From assembly GCF_001194135.2 (NCBI RefSeq), contig NC_069000.1:8490688-8554687 (forward strand): a DNA stretch of 64,000 nt, in the 5' to 3' direction. This document shows, in pieces, positions 1-12,677 of the stretch. A program made the position numbers and the translations under genes. This stretch comes from Octopus bimaculoides. Lineage: Eukaryota. Within the stretch, counting starts at the first letter, position 1, and each line of letters starts with the position of its first letter. A model generated the notes under the pieces. It ran no database searches, was not told where the DNA came from, and was given only the letters and a program-made list of their open reading frames with translations.

Positions 1-534
1 TTAGAGAAACGATTAAACTTTTGGACTGAACATGTGACAAAAGAACAAAAAAAAAATAGAAAAAGAAGCAAAAAAAAAATGATTTTATGTACATGCTTTA
101 AAATCAATCATCATCATCATTAATCTTACAAAATAAAAAAGAAACTACAATGGAAATGTGTGTTGTGTTGTTGGACCTGAGAAAATGTCTAAAGGGCAGC
201 AAGTCTTTGTATATATATATTTTTTTTTTTTGCTTGTTAGTTTTATGTTTTTCTTTTGTTTGTTTTTCACAGCCGAATGATTTCAAACAGCAACCACCAT
301 ATGTAAAGAAAGAAAGAAAGGAAGGAAGGAAGGAAAAATAAAGAGAAAGGGAAAGAGAGGCTGATATTGTGATAATAAACTGACATAATAATTTCTACTC
401 TAGGCACAAAACCTTGAAAATTTGGGGGAAAGGGGCTAGTCGATTATATCGATCCCAAGTGTGTAACTGGTACTTATTTCATCAACCCATTAACACTGGG
501 CCATGCTGGGGCACCACCTTGTAAAAAGTAAGCT

Positions 535-652
535 GCTTACAGCACCTAGGTTCCGAAGTGGTTACCCATCCAAGTTCTAACTAAGGCTTGATGTTGCTTA
601 ACTTCGGTGATTGGACAAGAACTGATTCATTCAATGTGATATGGTCGTAAGC
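535..652 (-). pseudogene. 5S rRNA pseudogene (full length, CpG-decayed)
   Basis: Reverse complement reads GCTTACGACCATATCACATTGAA...ATCACCGAAGTTAAGCAACATCAAGCC...GTTAGAACTTGGATGGGTAACC...GTGCTGTAAGC, colinear with metazoan 5S rRNA over 118 nt. A T-run follows at 527-523. Confidence 0.9.
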
Positions 653-1358
653 CAATAATGAAGAATTTAGCAAAATAACTTCCGTCATTATGAAGCTAGT
701 GTTTGGAACATGAATTAGCACGAGATCTTGATGGATGGTTTCTAATTCAGATCCATTTAAAAGAGGAAATTTGTATCATAGGATTAAGGGTAGTTACAGG
801 TGGTTTGGTACCATAAAATTTAATTAACACCTGGAATATATATATGGGTGAGTGTTATGTATGTGGTGAACGTTTGTGTGTACCTTGTTAAGACATCATG
901 TGATGGTTGTAAATGAGCATCATCATCATCATCATCATATAAGCAAAGTTATTTGTTACCAAGTATAGTTATGGGGAAAATATCACCTTGCTTGAAAAAA
1001 TAAGTGAGAGATGGCAGTAGGAAGGGCATCCAACTGTCGAAAATCCACTTCAACAAATTCTGTCTGACTAATAAAAAGTGGACATTAAATCAATTATATA
1101 TAATATATATGCACACACATTACAGTCACAGAGTAAGAGTTAATGTACAAATGCCCACACAGAAGTAGATGTATAAGTGCTTGTATCTGTAATAAACATT
1201 TGCTGTATAGATATGTATACATACATAGATACCACACACATATGATTCTGGATAAAAATTTGAATATATGTGTATGCAGTATGCCTGTATTAACATAGAT
1301 ATGTATATAACACTGAGTTTCACAATTCCAGAATGCAATTCGAGTGGATATTTGAATG

Positions 1359-1402
<44 letters not shown>

Positions 1403-1632
1403 TAATTATCTTACAAACTGTATTTTGGCATTTTGCCAGAAAATTATGAATGAATTCTGTAAACTCTGAGTAAATACCACAGTGTTTTTTTTCTGTAGTT
1501 GGTTATTTCTTTCTCCAAAGATTAGTTTTTATCATATACATATGTATATACATGTGTGTATACAAACACAAACATACATGTATATATATATATATATACA
1601 TACATATAAACACATATGTATGAACATATATG

Positions 1633-1848
1633 TAATCTTATTATAAAAAAAAACCTACAAATCTTGTAAATACAGCTACCCAGGATTTCCAGGTCAAAAT
1701 AATTTATTCTGCTACTTATCAAGCTGAAAACATGACTATTTCTCAGTTGTCTTTCAGGCTTGATGAACAGCAGAATAAATTATTCCTTCAACCAGGAAAC
1801 CCTGGGTAGCAGTATTTACAAGATTTGTGTTTTTTTATTATAAGATTA
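1633..1848. mobile_element. Palindromic (hairpin) MITE-like element
   Basis: About 90-bp inverted arms, e.g. acaaatcttgtaaatac-gctacccagg / cctgggtagc-gtatttacaagatttgt and aataatttattctgct / agcagaataaattatt. Confidence 0.8.
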
Positions 1849-2239
1849 TCTTTACTCTCAGAGCTGATCAAGTGCTTTTTTTACTTGTCGAAGCATTACC
1901 ACATAATATACATACATGAATATATATAACTGACATCATAAGAATTTATAGACTTTTGAGAGAATGTGAAATAATTTTCTTTATGGGGTGAGGAACAGTG
2001 GATCTTGAAGAAGCACATATAAAGCTATAAATAACAGCATGGTTTTTTTTTTCTATCCAAAAGGGTTTTTTCAATTCAATATTTGCATCTTATTATTTAA
2101 AGCTTTGAGTGTGCTTCAGGAGCCACAGTTTCCGAAAAAAAGATTATACACACATATATTGAAACACACACATACATATTCTGAGAAAATTGTTAATTTA
2201 CAACGAAAAGCAAAAGGGGTGAAAAATAGAACATTTATC

Positions 2240-2555
2240 ATTAGTATCATCATCATCATCATCATCATTAATATCAACTATACCATTATCATCATTACCA
2301 CCACCTTTGATGTTATCATCATCATCACCATTTTCAGTAGTACCAGTGTCGTTGTCATCATCACTGTGACCAACTCCATCATCATCATCATTAACATCAT
2401 CACTGTTTACCTTACTATCATGATTCACCATCATCCTTGTTTCATTCATCAACAAAATCATCATCATCAACATTATCATCACTATCATCATCATCATCAT
2501 CATCATCATCAGCAACATTATCATCACTATCATCATCAGCAACAGCAGTAGCAGC
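2240..2555. repeat. Imperfect (CAT)n microsatellite tract
   Basis: Long catcat runs that generate the spurious poly-I, poly-H and poly-M ORFs. Confidence 0.9.
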
Positions 2556-3465
2556 ATCGTCTTAAAGTATTTGTTTTGTTTTTTTTAAATAATTGTTTCA
2601 CACAATCTTACCATTCTTTCTTCCTTGTATTTCTTTCTTTCTTTTTTTTTTTGTCTTTGCAGATGAATTTGGGAGGAGAGAGAAGATGCAGGTATTATTA
2701 TTTTCACTTAATTATTTTTCTTTTTTTCAAATATTTAGTTTAGTTTATTGATTCACCCCCACCACCAGCAATACCAAAGCGTAATGGTGGCGGCAATGGT
2801 TTAATGGGACGAGGAGAAAAGAGGGAGAAGAAGACAGGCGACGACAGACAGAACCGTCATCGTCATCGTCGTCATCACTAATAATGCATTTACCACACAC
2901 TCACGCATACAACAGCATTAATAAAGAGGAAAAAAATAAACAGCATGAAATCCACAACTTCTCATTTCCCATCTCTTACCTGTGACTGTGAAGATTTGTG
3001 CCTAGTCTAGTCTAATTAGAAAATCATTCTAATCATTCTTAGGAATGTGGTTGCTTGGCAACGACCTGAGCCACCCCTACCCTGGTCAGTCTTCACAGAA
3101 CAGCAACTGATAAAAATGGAACCAGCCACGACAATCCAGCCTTTTTGGATCATTTTTCTCAAACACTATGTATCTAGTAGCATTACTAGAACTGCTACTA
3201 CAACCAATACATTATTCAGTGTGTGTCTCCCTATTTTTAATGCAATGAACGAGAATGATCCTTGAAGGAGATTTGGCTGCTATTTCTAGTAAGTCGTGTG
3301 AACACATAGCGGCACCTCTGTTGGCTTTGTGGTGAGGTGTCATGTCTGAGAAAAAGGTGTTTTGTTTGTTGCTAGCCTAAGGCTTCTTCTCTAGTGAAAC
3401 TCTTAATATTATTGACACTAGGTGGCTTCTCCACTTTGGAGGGGGGGGGGGCACAAACACATATC

Positions 3466-3505
<40 letters not shown>

Positions 3506-4349
3506 CCCACACACACATACATACATACACTATTTAAAACAGTTTGATACAGGTTTGCGCTACTTTAAGTTTCACAGGCCCCCTGGGATCCTTCAGGTTT
3601 CTTGAATGCTGAATGGGGAGGTCCAGGGAGTTCATCCAGTCGCCATCTTGGACTTCCNNNNNNNNNNNNNNNNNNNNNNNNNNNNNNNNNNNNNNNNNNN
3701 NNNNNNNNNNNNNNNNNNNNNNNNNNNNNNNNNNNNNNNNNNNNNNNNNNNNNNNNNNNNNNNNNNNNNNNNNNNNNNNNNNNNNNNNNNNNNNNNNNNN
3801 NNNNNNNNNNNNNNNNNNNNNNNNNNNNNNNNNNNNNNNNNNNNNNNNNNNNNNNNNNNNNNNNNNNNNNNNNNNNNNNNNAAAAAGTACATGCAACTCC
3901 TACTAAATGTCGTGTTGAGTTGCCGAGTGCCTTTTTCTTTTGCTTGTCCACTCACTCATGTGTGTGTGTGTATGTATGTATGTATGTATATATATATATA
4001 TATATATATAAGAAAGCACACAACTACATGCATGATCTCTTTAGTACTTAGTTCTTTATTTCTGATAATTGTATGCCAATACCTGTGATTCCAGGAGAAC
4101 TGAGAGGGTGAGCTGGGGGGGGGGCAGAGAGAGACAGTAGTTTTCCTACGAATGTTGTCGATATATCTTTTAGGAAATATAGACCGAGTTGGACAAAAAT
4201 AATTAGGAGAAATCTATTCCCACAGACTATCCCATTTGAGTTACTGTGACAGAAGCATGGGTAGGCAGCTCTTTTGCTTTCTTCTTTATTTTGGCCAGAC
4301 AGAGATGGGAGAATGAAAAGTGAGAATTTACCCAATCACAGACACACAT

Positions 4350-4385
<36 letters not shown>

Positions 4386-4395
4386 NNNNNNNNNN

Positions 4396-4427
<32 letters not shown>

Positions 4428-4586
4428 TATATGTATGCATATACACACACATGCGTTAAATGTATATTTACATACACAGTAAACCCTTGAAAGCTTAAAA
4501 CAGCATACAATGGGCGTAAGAGATCAACTTTTTTAACAGGCATGCACTCACACACACACACATGTATAACCAAACACACACACAAA

Positions 4587-4628
<42 letters not shown>

Positions 4629-6117
4629 ATATATATGTATGTATATATATAAGATAAATTTATACAAACCATACATATCTTTTTAACAATGTTGTTAATA
4701 TTGATTTTAATGTAGTAGTAGTAGTAGTAGTAAAAAAAAAAAAAAAGAGTAGTTTTCCACAGATAAACAAACATTATGCATACACAAGATAGTGTATTAA
4801 GTATAAATACTTCTACACGCACACACACAAAATTACATATATATATATACATATATAAACAAAATTAAGGGATCAGCAACAGGTTGCTTTGTTTATAAAT
4901 GTATAAGAACTTTTAAATAAGTTCCACACCGATAATGGTGCTTACATACCGAAGGGCTTGGTAAAAATTATTAATTATTAATTTATTAATAAATTAATAA
5001 ATTGATAATCCTTTACCCTTTTTAATTGTAATAATATATATACATATATGTATACACACACTCATACATAATACACACATATACGTACAAACAAATGTAC
5101 AGGCACATCTATAAACATGCATGGAAATTACAATTGGCTTACACAAAAATACATACATGCCTACACATATGTACATACACGGAAACAGGCATACATAAAT
5201 ACATGTTAAAAAAACTCCAAAACAAAACAAGTATGTGAAATTTCCATTCTCTGCAAACGCAAACGCAACAAAATATACATACATACATGTATATATATGT
5301 CTGTATAATTACATATGGTTAATGTACAAAAACTTTGATTTGATATATATATATGTATATACACATTCATTATATATATAAAATGTATGCATTTATGTGT
5401 GTATTTATGAGGTGGGTATACAACCCATTGTTATCACACCAACACACACACACACACACGTATATTCATACAAACATACAACTCAGAAAATTATGTATAA
5501 TTCACACACACACACCACTTATATATAACCATATAATTTTTCTGTAGAACTTGAAAATATTTCTCTGAGATATGAAGAACAGAAGCTCTTACCAAGATTG
5601 CTGAAAATAAGTTTCGTATTTTCCTTCTGTTTTTTTTTTGTTTCATTTTTTTTTTTTTTTTTTACCATTTACTGGATTACTTCCCCCTATTTATGATATA
5701 ATTTTTTTTTTTTTCAATAAAACATTCTGAGGGGGTCGGGGGTTCTTGTTTCGTTTCTTTTTCTTTTTTTTTTTTTCTTTGTAGGATTTTTATTATATTT
5801 GTAAAGATTTTTCTTGTCTGTGTATGTATGTATAAATATGTACACAAAGATATATATATCTATATATATATATAAACACACACACACACACACACAAACA
5901 TGAATATGTGCATGTACATATACATATGTGTGTGTGTGCATGTACATAAATATACATATACTTTTTATGCATACAAATATATTTATATATACTGCATATT
6001 CACATATACAGAATATACTGTATAATTCTCTATTTCTCTCCCACAAATGTGTAATGTCTGTATGCAATAATCAGAAACATATGTTATATACATACACTAT
6101 ATATATAATACACACAC

Positions 6118-6168
<51 letters not shown>

Positions 6169-6396
6169 AGATAGATAGATAGATATGTTTCTATGCATGT
6201 GTATGCACATGTGGATGCGGAGTGGGGGGGAAAAATCTTTTTGTTTTTTCGGTGAGGTACACAACAACAATCCTCTTTCAATAAACCATTTCCCGACTCC
6301 CCACAATAAAAAGTAAACAAAAAAAAAAGAAAAAAAGAAAAAAAAACAAGCCCCCTTCCCCCACCCCCGCCTCACTGTTGATCTCCAATATGGATA

Positions 6397-6665
6397 TTAT
6401 GTGACAGAGGGGGCATTGTCTGAAGGGAGTCCGTTGGCTTGTTTGACGTGCATCATTGCCCGCTGCTTTTGTTTCTTGGCAGCAGCAGCAGTCTGCTGTT
6501 GCTGCTGAAACTGCTGCTGTTGCCTTTCAAAGTCTCGTTGGTCACGCCGCATCTGCCAGTTCTTCAGTCGATTGAGGGGCAGCGAAATCACGCCAGACAG
6601 AGTGAGCATGATGCCGCTCATGTAAAAAGTGGCATTCACATCTCCTGTGACCTCTTCGAGGTAAC
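6397..6665 (-). CDS. MCT-family transporter terminal exon B, distal duplicate (GYLEEVTGDVNATFYMSGIMLTLSGVISLPLNRLKNWQMRRDQRDFERQQQQFQQQQQTAAAAKK...APSVT*)
   Basis: Strong polypyrimidine acceptor (cttttcttcctccaacag|GT TAC, phase 1). 29 residues identical to exon A; TAA stop at 6399-6397. Confidence 0.87.
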
Positions 6666-6767
6666 CTGTTGGAGGAAGAAAAGAAAAAAAAAAAGGAAGA
6701 AAATGAAGAAGATGAAGGAAGAAGTGAAATACTAAGTCACCAGTCAGACAGAACACGGGTGGGGGTA

Positions 6768-6811
<44 letters not shown>

Positions 6812-7666
6812 TGAGGATATTTTTCTGATATGCAATTCAGTATGTTGTGCAGCTGCTGCTACATATTCTGTCTTTCCCTAGTTTCTATCCCCTGGACTGT
6901 GGTTATGTTGCCTTTAAAGGTTTTAGTTACTTCATTTCAACCACCAGCACCTACCTATTTCAACCTGGCATTTATTTTATTGATCTATATTGATCAAAAC
7001 ACAGGTATAATTGAGTGGTTAAGAAGTTCAGTGCCAAACTATTAAGTGATTTTGAGTTTAGTCTCACCATCTGGCACCTTGGACAAATGTCCTCAACTAA
7101 TAACCCTGAGCCAACCAAAGCCTTGTGAGTGGATTTGATAAATGGAAACTGCAAAGAATCCCATATTCTATCTATCTTATTGAAAATTTTTTTCAGAGAT
7201 ATCATGAACACTACTGATGGTGCTATATGTGTGATATTGTGAGATTATTGATGGTGTTATCTCTGAGATATTGGGAACATCAATGATGGTGATGTATGAC
7301 TACTATTCAGACATAATCGAAAATGTTTTGCCTGAGAATATTGTGTAGCACCATTGATGATGATGCATGTGCGATATTGTGATGTTATCGAAAGAGTGCT
7401 CTATGATGCTTCAGGACATCAGCCACAGCATTGTATATGGGGACAGCATGTCGTTTTCATACCTGTTTTTATAGGTTTAAGTCTGAGACTGGTGTTATAA
7501 GTACAACATTACAATATAGAAAAATTGAAAAACAAAAATCATATACAAAAGAGTAATTAATACTAAGATATTGCTAAAATCTTTGTAAAACATCATATCA
7601 GTATGGCATGTTGAAATAACACGATGCCACAATGACAACATTGTGACAAACTAGATTATTAAAACA

Positions 7667-7936
7667 CAGTGGAATCTCAGTTTACGAATTTAATTCAATC
7701 CTGAAGGCTGTCCGTCACCTGAAACATTCGTAAATTGAAACTATTTTTCCCATAGGAAATTCAAGAAAAAGTATGGTGAATTCAAGCAGGGATGTGCACT
7801 GAGGTAAAGTTTGACACCAGCTGATGGTCACCTGCTGATACTCCAAACTTGTAGCCAACCATTCTTGCTAGCTTGTGTGTTTGTTAGTCAAGACACTCTG
7901 TCACCCAAAATTTTTTCGTAAACCAAGATTCCACTG
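7667..7936. mobile_element. Tigger/pogo-like MITE
   Basis: TIRs cagtggaatctcagtttacgaa / ttcgtaaaccaagattccactg, followed by TA. Confidence 0.75.
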
Positions 7937-7990
7937 TATTACAAAACCACACATTAAAAATAAGGCAATATAAAAGATCCAATGTCACAG

Positions 7991-8195
7991 GGAAGCATTT
8001 CTGAATGTGGCTATGTTCAAGTGAAGCATTATAAAACCGCTATGTCATAGTGAAGCCTTATGACATTGATGCATCATATAGAAGTGTTATGATGCAGCTA
8101 TGTCATAGATAAGCATTATGATGTAACTATGTAGCAATAAAGCATTATGACATCACTATGTTATAGTGAAGAATTATCACAATAACGTTATGATA
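7991..8195. repeat. Degenerate 29-bp tandem repeat
   Basis: aagcatt-like anchors at 8024, 8053, 8082, 8111, 8140 and 8169. Confidence 0.8.
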
Positions 8196-8697
8196 TTGGT
8201 ATGGCTCAGTGCTTCACTACTGCATAGTGATGTCACAAATGATGATTCAGATGCTGCTTTTCCATTGGGCTAGCTTCAGACTACTGCACTCATGATGCGG
8301 CAGAGGGTTAATATGCTGCTACGAAGTCACAGGGCAAAGAAAAAAGACATCAAAATCAGTTTCACCTCAGGGTTATAACATGAACATTTCATAGTGCAAG
8401 GTTATGATACGAAAGAAAAAAAAAAATAACATAGTGCAGGGGGGTTATGGGTAACGCTGGAACTGGACAACATTAAAGTTAATACTGAAAAGCAAACAAA
8501 ACTAGGAAACAAGAGAAATACAAAGAACAAATGACGAAATCTGAAAGGTAAATAAAGAGATTTCAGTTCCGATCTGTGCTTCACAGCTAAATTACTGGTA
8601 AGGCAAGACACGAGGGTTGTTTTGAGATTAAATAGTATGACAAAAGCATGGTAAACTATGCAAACAGGAAACACTAACAACTTATACATATCATTTA

Positions 8698-8745
<48 letters not shown>

Positions 8746-9399
8746 CATATATATACATACATTTATGTATATATATATATATTTAAATATATATATATAC
8801 CTGTTTAGTGTTGACTGTCAGAAAAAAGAGAGTACTCAATACCATAGCAGAGATTAATTATATTACTTTATTTTAGCTGAGTTAGCCCCTTGTGACTGAG
8901 TTTTGCCTATGGGTGCACACAGGGCTATCAGGTTAGTTATGATATAACTCACCTAAAGACCCTCTGTACCCACAGGTGAAACTCAATATAGCAAGAGACT
9001 GATTTGGCCAAAATAAAGTATAAATACATGTGTATGTGTATATATATACACACACACACACACATATATGTATGTAGATATACATATGAGGGTATGTGAC
9101 TTATTGATTAGGGTGTTGGGCTCACAATCATAAAGTCATGGGTTCAACTCCTGACTTGAGCAGCGCACAATGTGTTTGAGCAAGGCACTTAGGTGACCAC
9201 ACACTATGTCATTTGGCTTTATAAGGATATCCCAATAATCAAATTGACATACACACTTACTAGTATGATAAATGCATATTTAAAAGAAAATGGGTGGTAA
9301 AACAAGGGATTAAGAGATGTGATGAAATAGTATGTAAAGAATAGATGTCTTGTTAATCCTTTTGATACCAGGTTCTATGGTACGAAACTAATGTATTAA

Positions 9400-9616
9400 C
9401 CCTTTAGCGCTCAGATTACTCTGTCAAAGGTAATATTTATTCACTTTGTTTTGAATTGATCATGTATTTATCTCATAGCTTTGCAATTTTGATGATGCAA
9501 TAGTATGTTTTTAGAATGGTATTGTAGGGTAGGTGTGACAGGCCAGCTCTGGCTGTTTTGAATATAAAACAGACAGAACATTTTGGCTGGGTATGTTCAG
9601 TTTAAATGTTAAAGGG
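9400..9616. mobile_element. piggyBac-like MITE (TTAA-CCCTTT...AAAGGG-TTAA)
   Basis: TTAA at 9396-9399 and 9617-9620. Relatives at 21245-21461, ~29370-29567, ~31880-32025 and ~33540-33749. Confidence 0.78.
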
Positions 9617-10107
9617 TTAAAGTGGTATTAATTAAAAAATGTTTCATTAAAATATGTTAATTTATGTTGCAAAGCCAGCTTAATAACTACTAAGTTAATT
9701 TTACTAAATTACTTTCAAAATTAATTCAAACAAAAGCAGCATATTTCAACAGAAATATGCTAACAAAAGGGTTAACTTTTTTGGACCCAGAAATAGGTTT
9801 TAGCAGGCATGATTTTATTTGACTATACCCCTGGAAAACACAAAAGTAGACGGTCACATAGTTTTGGGTTTATGATTAAAGATAATGGTGTTTCTACCAA
9901 TTCATGAGCCAGAAGCACAAATCCATGTGGTTGCCTACTTTTTTGTCTTCCAGAGGTATAGTCAAATGAAGTCATCATTGTTTAACGTCCACTTTTCCAT
10001 GCTTGCATGGGTCAGATGGAATTCATTGAGGCAGGTTTTCTACAGCTGGATGCCCTTCCTGTCACTAACCCTCACTTGTTTCCAGGCAAGGTAATACTTC
10101 CTAAGGC

Positions 10108-10231
10108 TTCAACCATTGCCTTGCAACAATCTTAACACATAGTCCAACATTTCCCGTGTTGTGGATAATTCCTGCCTATCCTTGTCCAATTTGTGCCCAC
10201 CATGTCAACCACAACTCTATCCTCTCCTCCT
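10108..10231 (+). repeat. Repeat copy that is the inverted partner of 16982-17115
   Basis: 10108-10188 equals the reverse complement of 17035-17115 at 80 of 81 positions. Confidence 0.9.
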
Positions 10232-11189
10232 ACACCTGCCCCACCTATAACTACTTCCCTTTCCCTCTTGCCTACCACCCTTCCCTCCTTTACACACCTG
10301 TAGCCTACATAACCTATTCATCTACAGGCTCTTCCACACCCCCATCCTTTACCCCTCAACCAGGATCCCTTCTTTGCTCTGGACCCAACTGCCATACCTG
10401 TCCCCTTTCCAACACCACCCACCTCATTCAACCCTAACCACCCCTCTTTATATGTAACTGACCCTTCCACTGCACCTCTACTGAATCACATTCACCTTGT
10501 AAAATACACCCTCAGCAATCCCCATATATATCAGACAGACTGCATGATGCGTGTCTGATTGCTTCACCAAACCCTTGTTGGACATCAGCTATCTTAGCAA
10601 GGAGTCCCCTGTGACATGCCATTTCCAATCAGCACATCACCCCACTTAGCATAACTCCATCCCCCAATGTGCAAGAGAATCCCAAATATCATTGTCATGT
10701 AATTTTTTTTTTTTAACCACAGAGACTCACTTCCATCTATTATACCATGTGTGTATGTGTAATATTTCTCGTGTACAAAAGGACATGTAAGTTGGTACTT
10801 CACAGAAATGGGACAGACGCTGGACATTCAGTATGGAAGATCTGTGGCTGAAAGTAAAATGGCTTGAGTATTTCTGTAGGGATAAAGAAAAGAAAAGAGA
10901 GAGAGAGAGAGAGAGAGATGCTAACTGGACATTAATGGAACCACACACACAATCATGCTCACTTCAAATACATACATACATGCATATGTATGTGTATGTA
11001 TGTATATGAGTGTGTGTGTGTATAAACACACATATTCATATGTAAATATGTATGTGTACACACATACACACACACACAGTAGACAGTATATACAAAGGGA
11101 CCACAACCAGGCTGCTAATAGCATAAGCAGAATTCACATGTAGCATCTGCATAAGTCTAGTAAGCATTAGGAGCACATGTAGCTCCTTA

Positions 11190-11825
11190 GAATTAATAGA
11201 TGGCTTGTGTCACCCGAGTGACATAATTAGCAGTGGAAGTAGGTGGACCGAAAGCATAGTAACTCTAGTAAGAATGGGATGAAGAGAGAAGAAAATTCAA
11301 AGGGCTTTTACATCTACTGATACCAAAGGGTTTCTTTGACAGAGCGAAGGGAAGGGTTTATGATGCTTATGTACGAGGTGCAATGCCGCACAGAGTGAAT
11401 CGGGGCCTTTGAATACCGAAGGTTTGTGAAGATGGGGAAGAAACGCGACAGACTTGCACTACAGGAAGTGTACGATCAGTATGCATGGACAATGGTGTAG
11501 GAAGGGGCTGAGACAAAAACTAGATACTAGAGGAATGAGAAGTAATGTGCAAGAGGTAAAAAAAAAAACTATATTGATATGGGCTTATGATATGTAAGAA
11601 TGACAACAGTATTATATATGCATATACATATATAGATATATATATATATATATATTTATAAAAGTGCTGAGTGCTCAAAGTAGATGGAGACTAGGGAAGA
11701 GTGAAACCAAGGAGGCCATGAGACAAAGTGATGAAGACTGATCTTGAGATGCTGAGACTCACAAAAGAGATGAGGGACTGTGACAATTAACAATATGCAG
11801 TTCTGGGGATAGAGAAGACTCCCTC
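11190..11825 (+). mobile_element. RTE-clade LINE 3' ORF fragments interrupted by a microsatellite
   Basis: Remnants ESIVTLVRMG..., TKGF..RAKGRVYDAYVRGAM and VDG..GRVKPRRP.DKVMKTDLEML resemble the RTE post-RT region and C-terminus. Confidence 0.65.
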
Positions 11826-12428
11826 TTTCCTGAACAAGGATGGTGATGGGAACATGAAAACAGAGGTAAGTGATGAAGGCTGAGTTGCTCTCGACGACAA
11901 CCACCCTGCCTCTACTCACCCTCTTGCTAATCTGTCATTCACCCTTTTCTCAACTGCCCCTCTGCCTCCTTGACACCCTCTCTCCTCTCTTTTACTATCA
12001 TTTGCCCCTTACGTGCACTGCACCCATGTCACCTGTATATGACATAGGATAGCACTGGATCTCTTTCTGCTCAATCCAGCCACCATCCACAAAACTTTCA
12101 TCCTTATTGCAATAATTTGGGAAAGGGAGGGGGGGGGNNNNNNNNNNNNNNNNNNNNNNNNNNNNNNNNNNNNNNNNNNNNNNNNNNNNNNNNNNNNNNN
12201 NNNNNNNNNNNNNNNNNNNNNNNNNNNNNTATCAACGGCATTCAAACATTGACGAAAGGGTTGACAGAATGGTTTCGTCACTGTCTACATCTCAGGCTCT
12301 CTGCTGACAGTATTTCTGTGCCTGTAGAGTTATCTTGAACCAACAATGCTTCACAGTAGCACAACCAGAGCAGGAAGTTCTGAAAGTTAAGAATCCTTGG
12401 GTATGGAAATCCCTCCAGAGTAGACGAG

Positions 12429-12473
<45 letters not shown>

Positions 12474-12677
12474 ATATGCAAATACACCCACTCACCTTTC
12501 TCTTTCACATTCTAGGAATCTTAAAACTTAGTAATCTTAGAATCACCACCACCACCACCACCAATACTATTACTATTAAGCCCCCATCCATTACCAAAAC
12601 TGCTAAGGCTGAAGAATGAAAGAATACCTGGTATTCATAAAACAAAAGAAAAAAAAAAAAGAAACAAGGAGTACTCT

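Noticed and set aside
273-302. 30-nt plus-strand micro-exon (PNDFKQQPPY) after a strong acceptor
   Set aside because: The donor (TAT|GTAAAG) is weak, T-rich tracts are ubiquitous here and there is no supporting partner exon.
2039-2557. 170-aa and 119-aa ORFs with His-, Ile- and Met-rich runs
   Set aside because: Translations of a (CAT)n microsatellite.
6397-6410. PDZ-binding motif at the end of tail B (PSVT)
   Set aside because: The terminal residue is Thr rather than a hydrophobic residue, so it is not a canonical class I motif.
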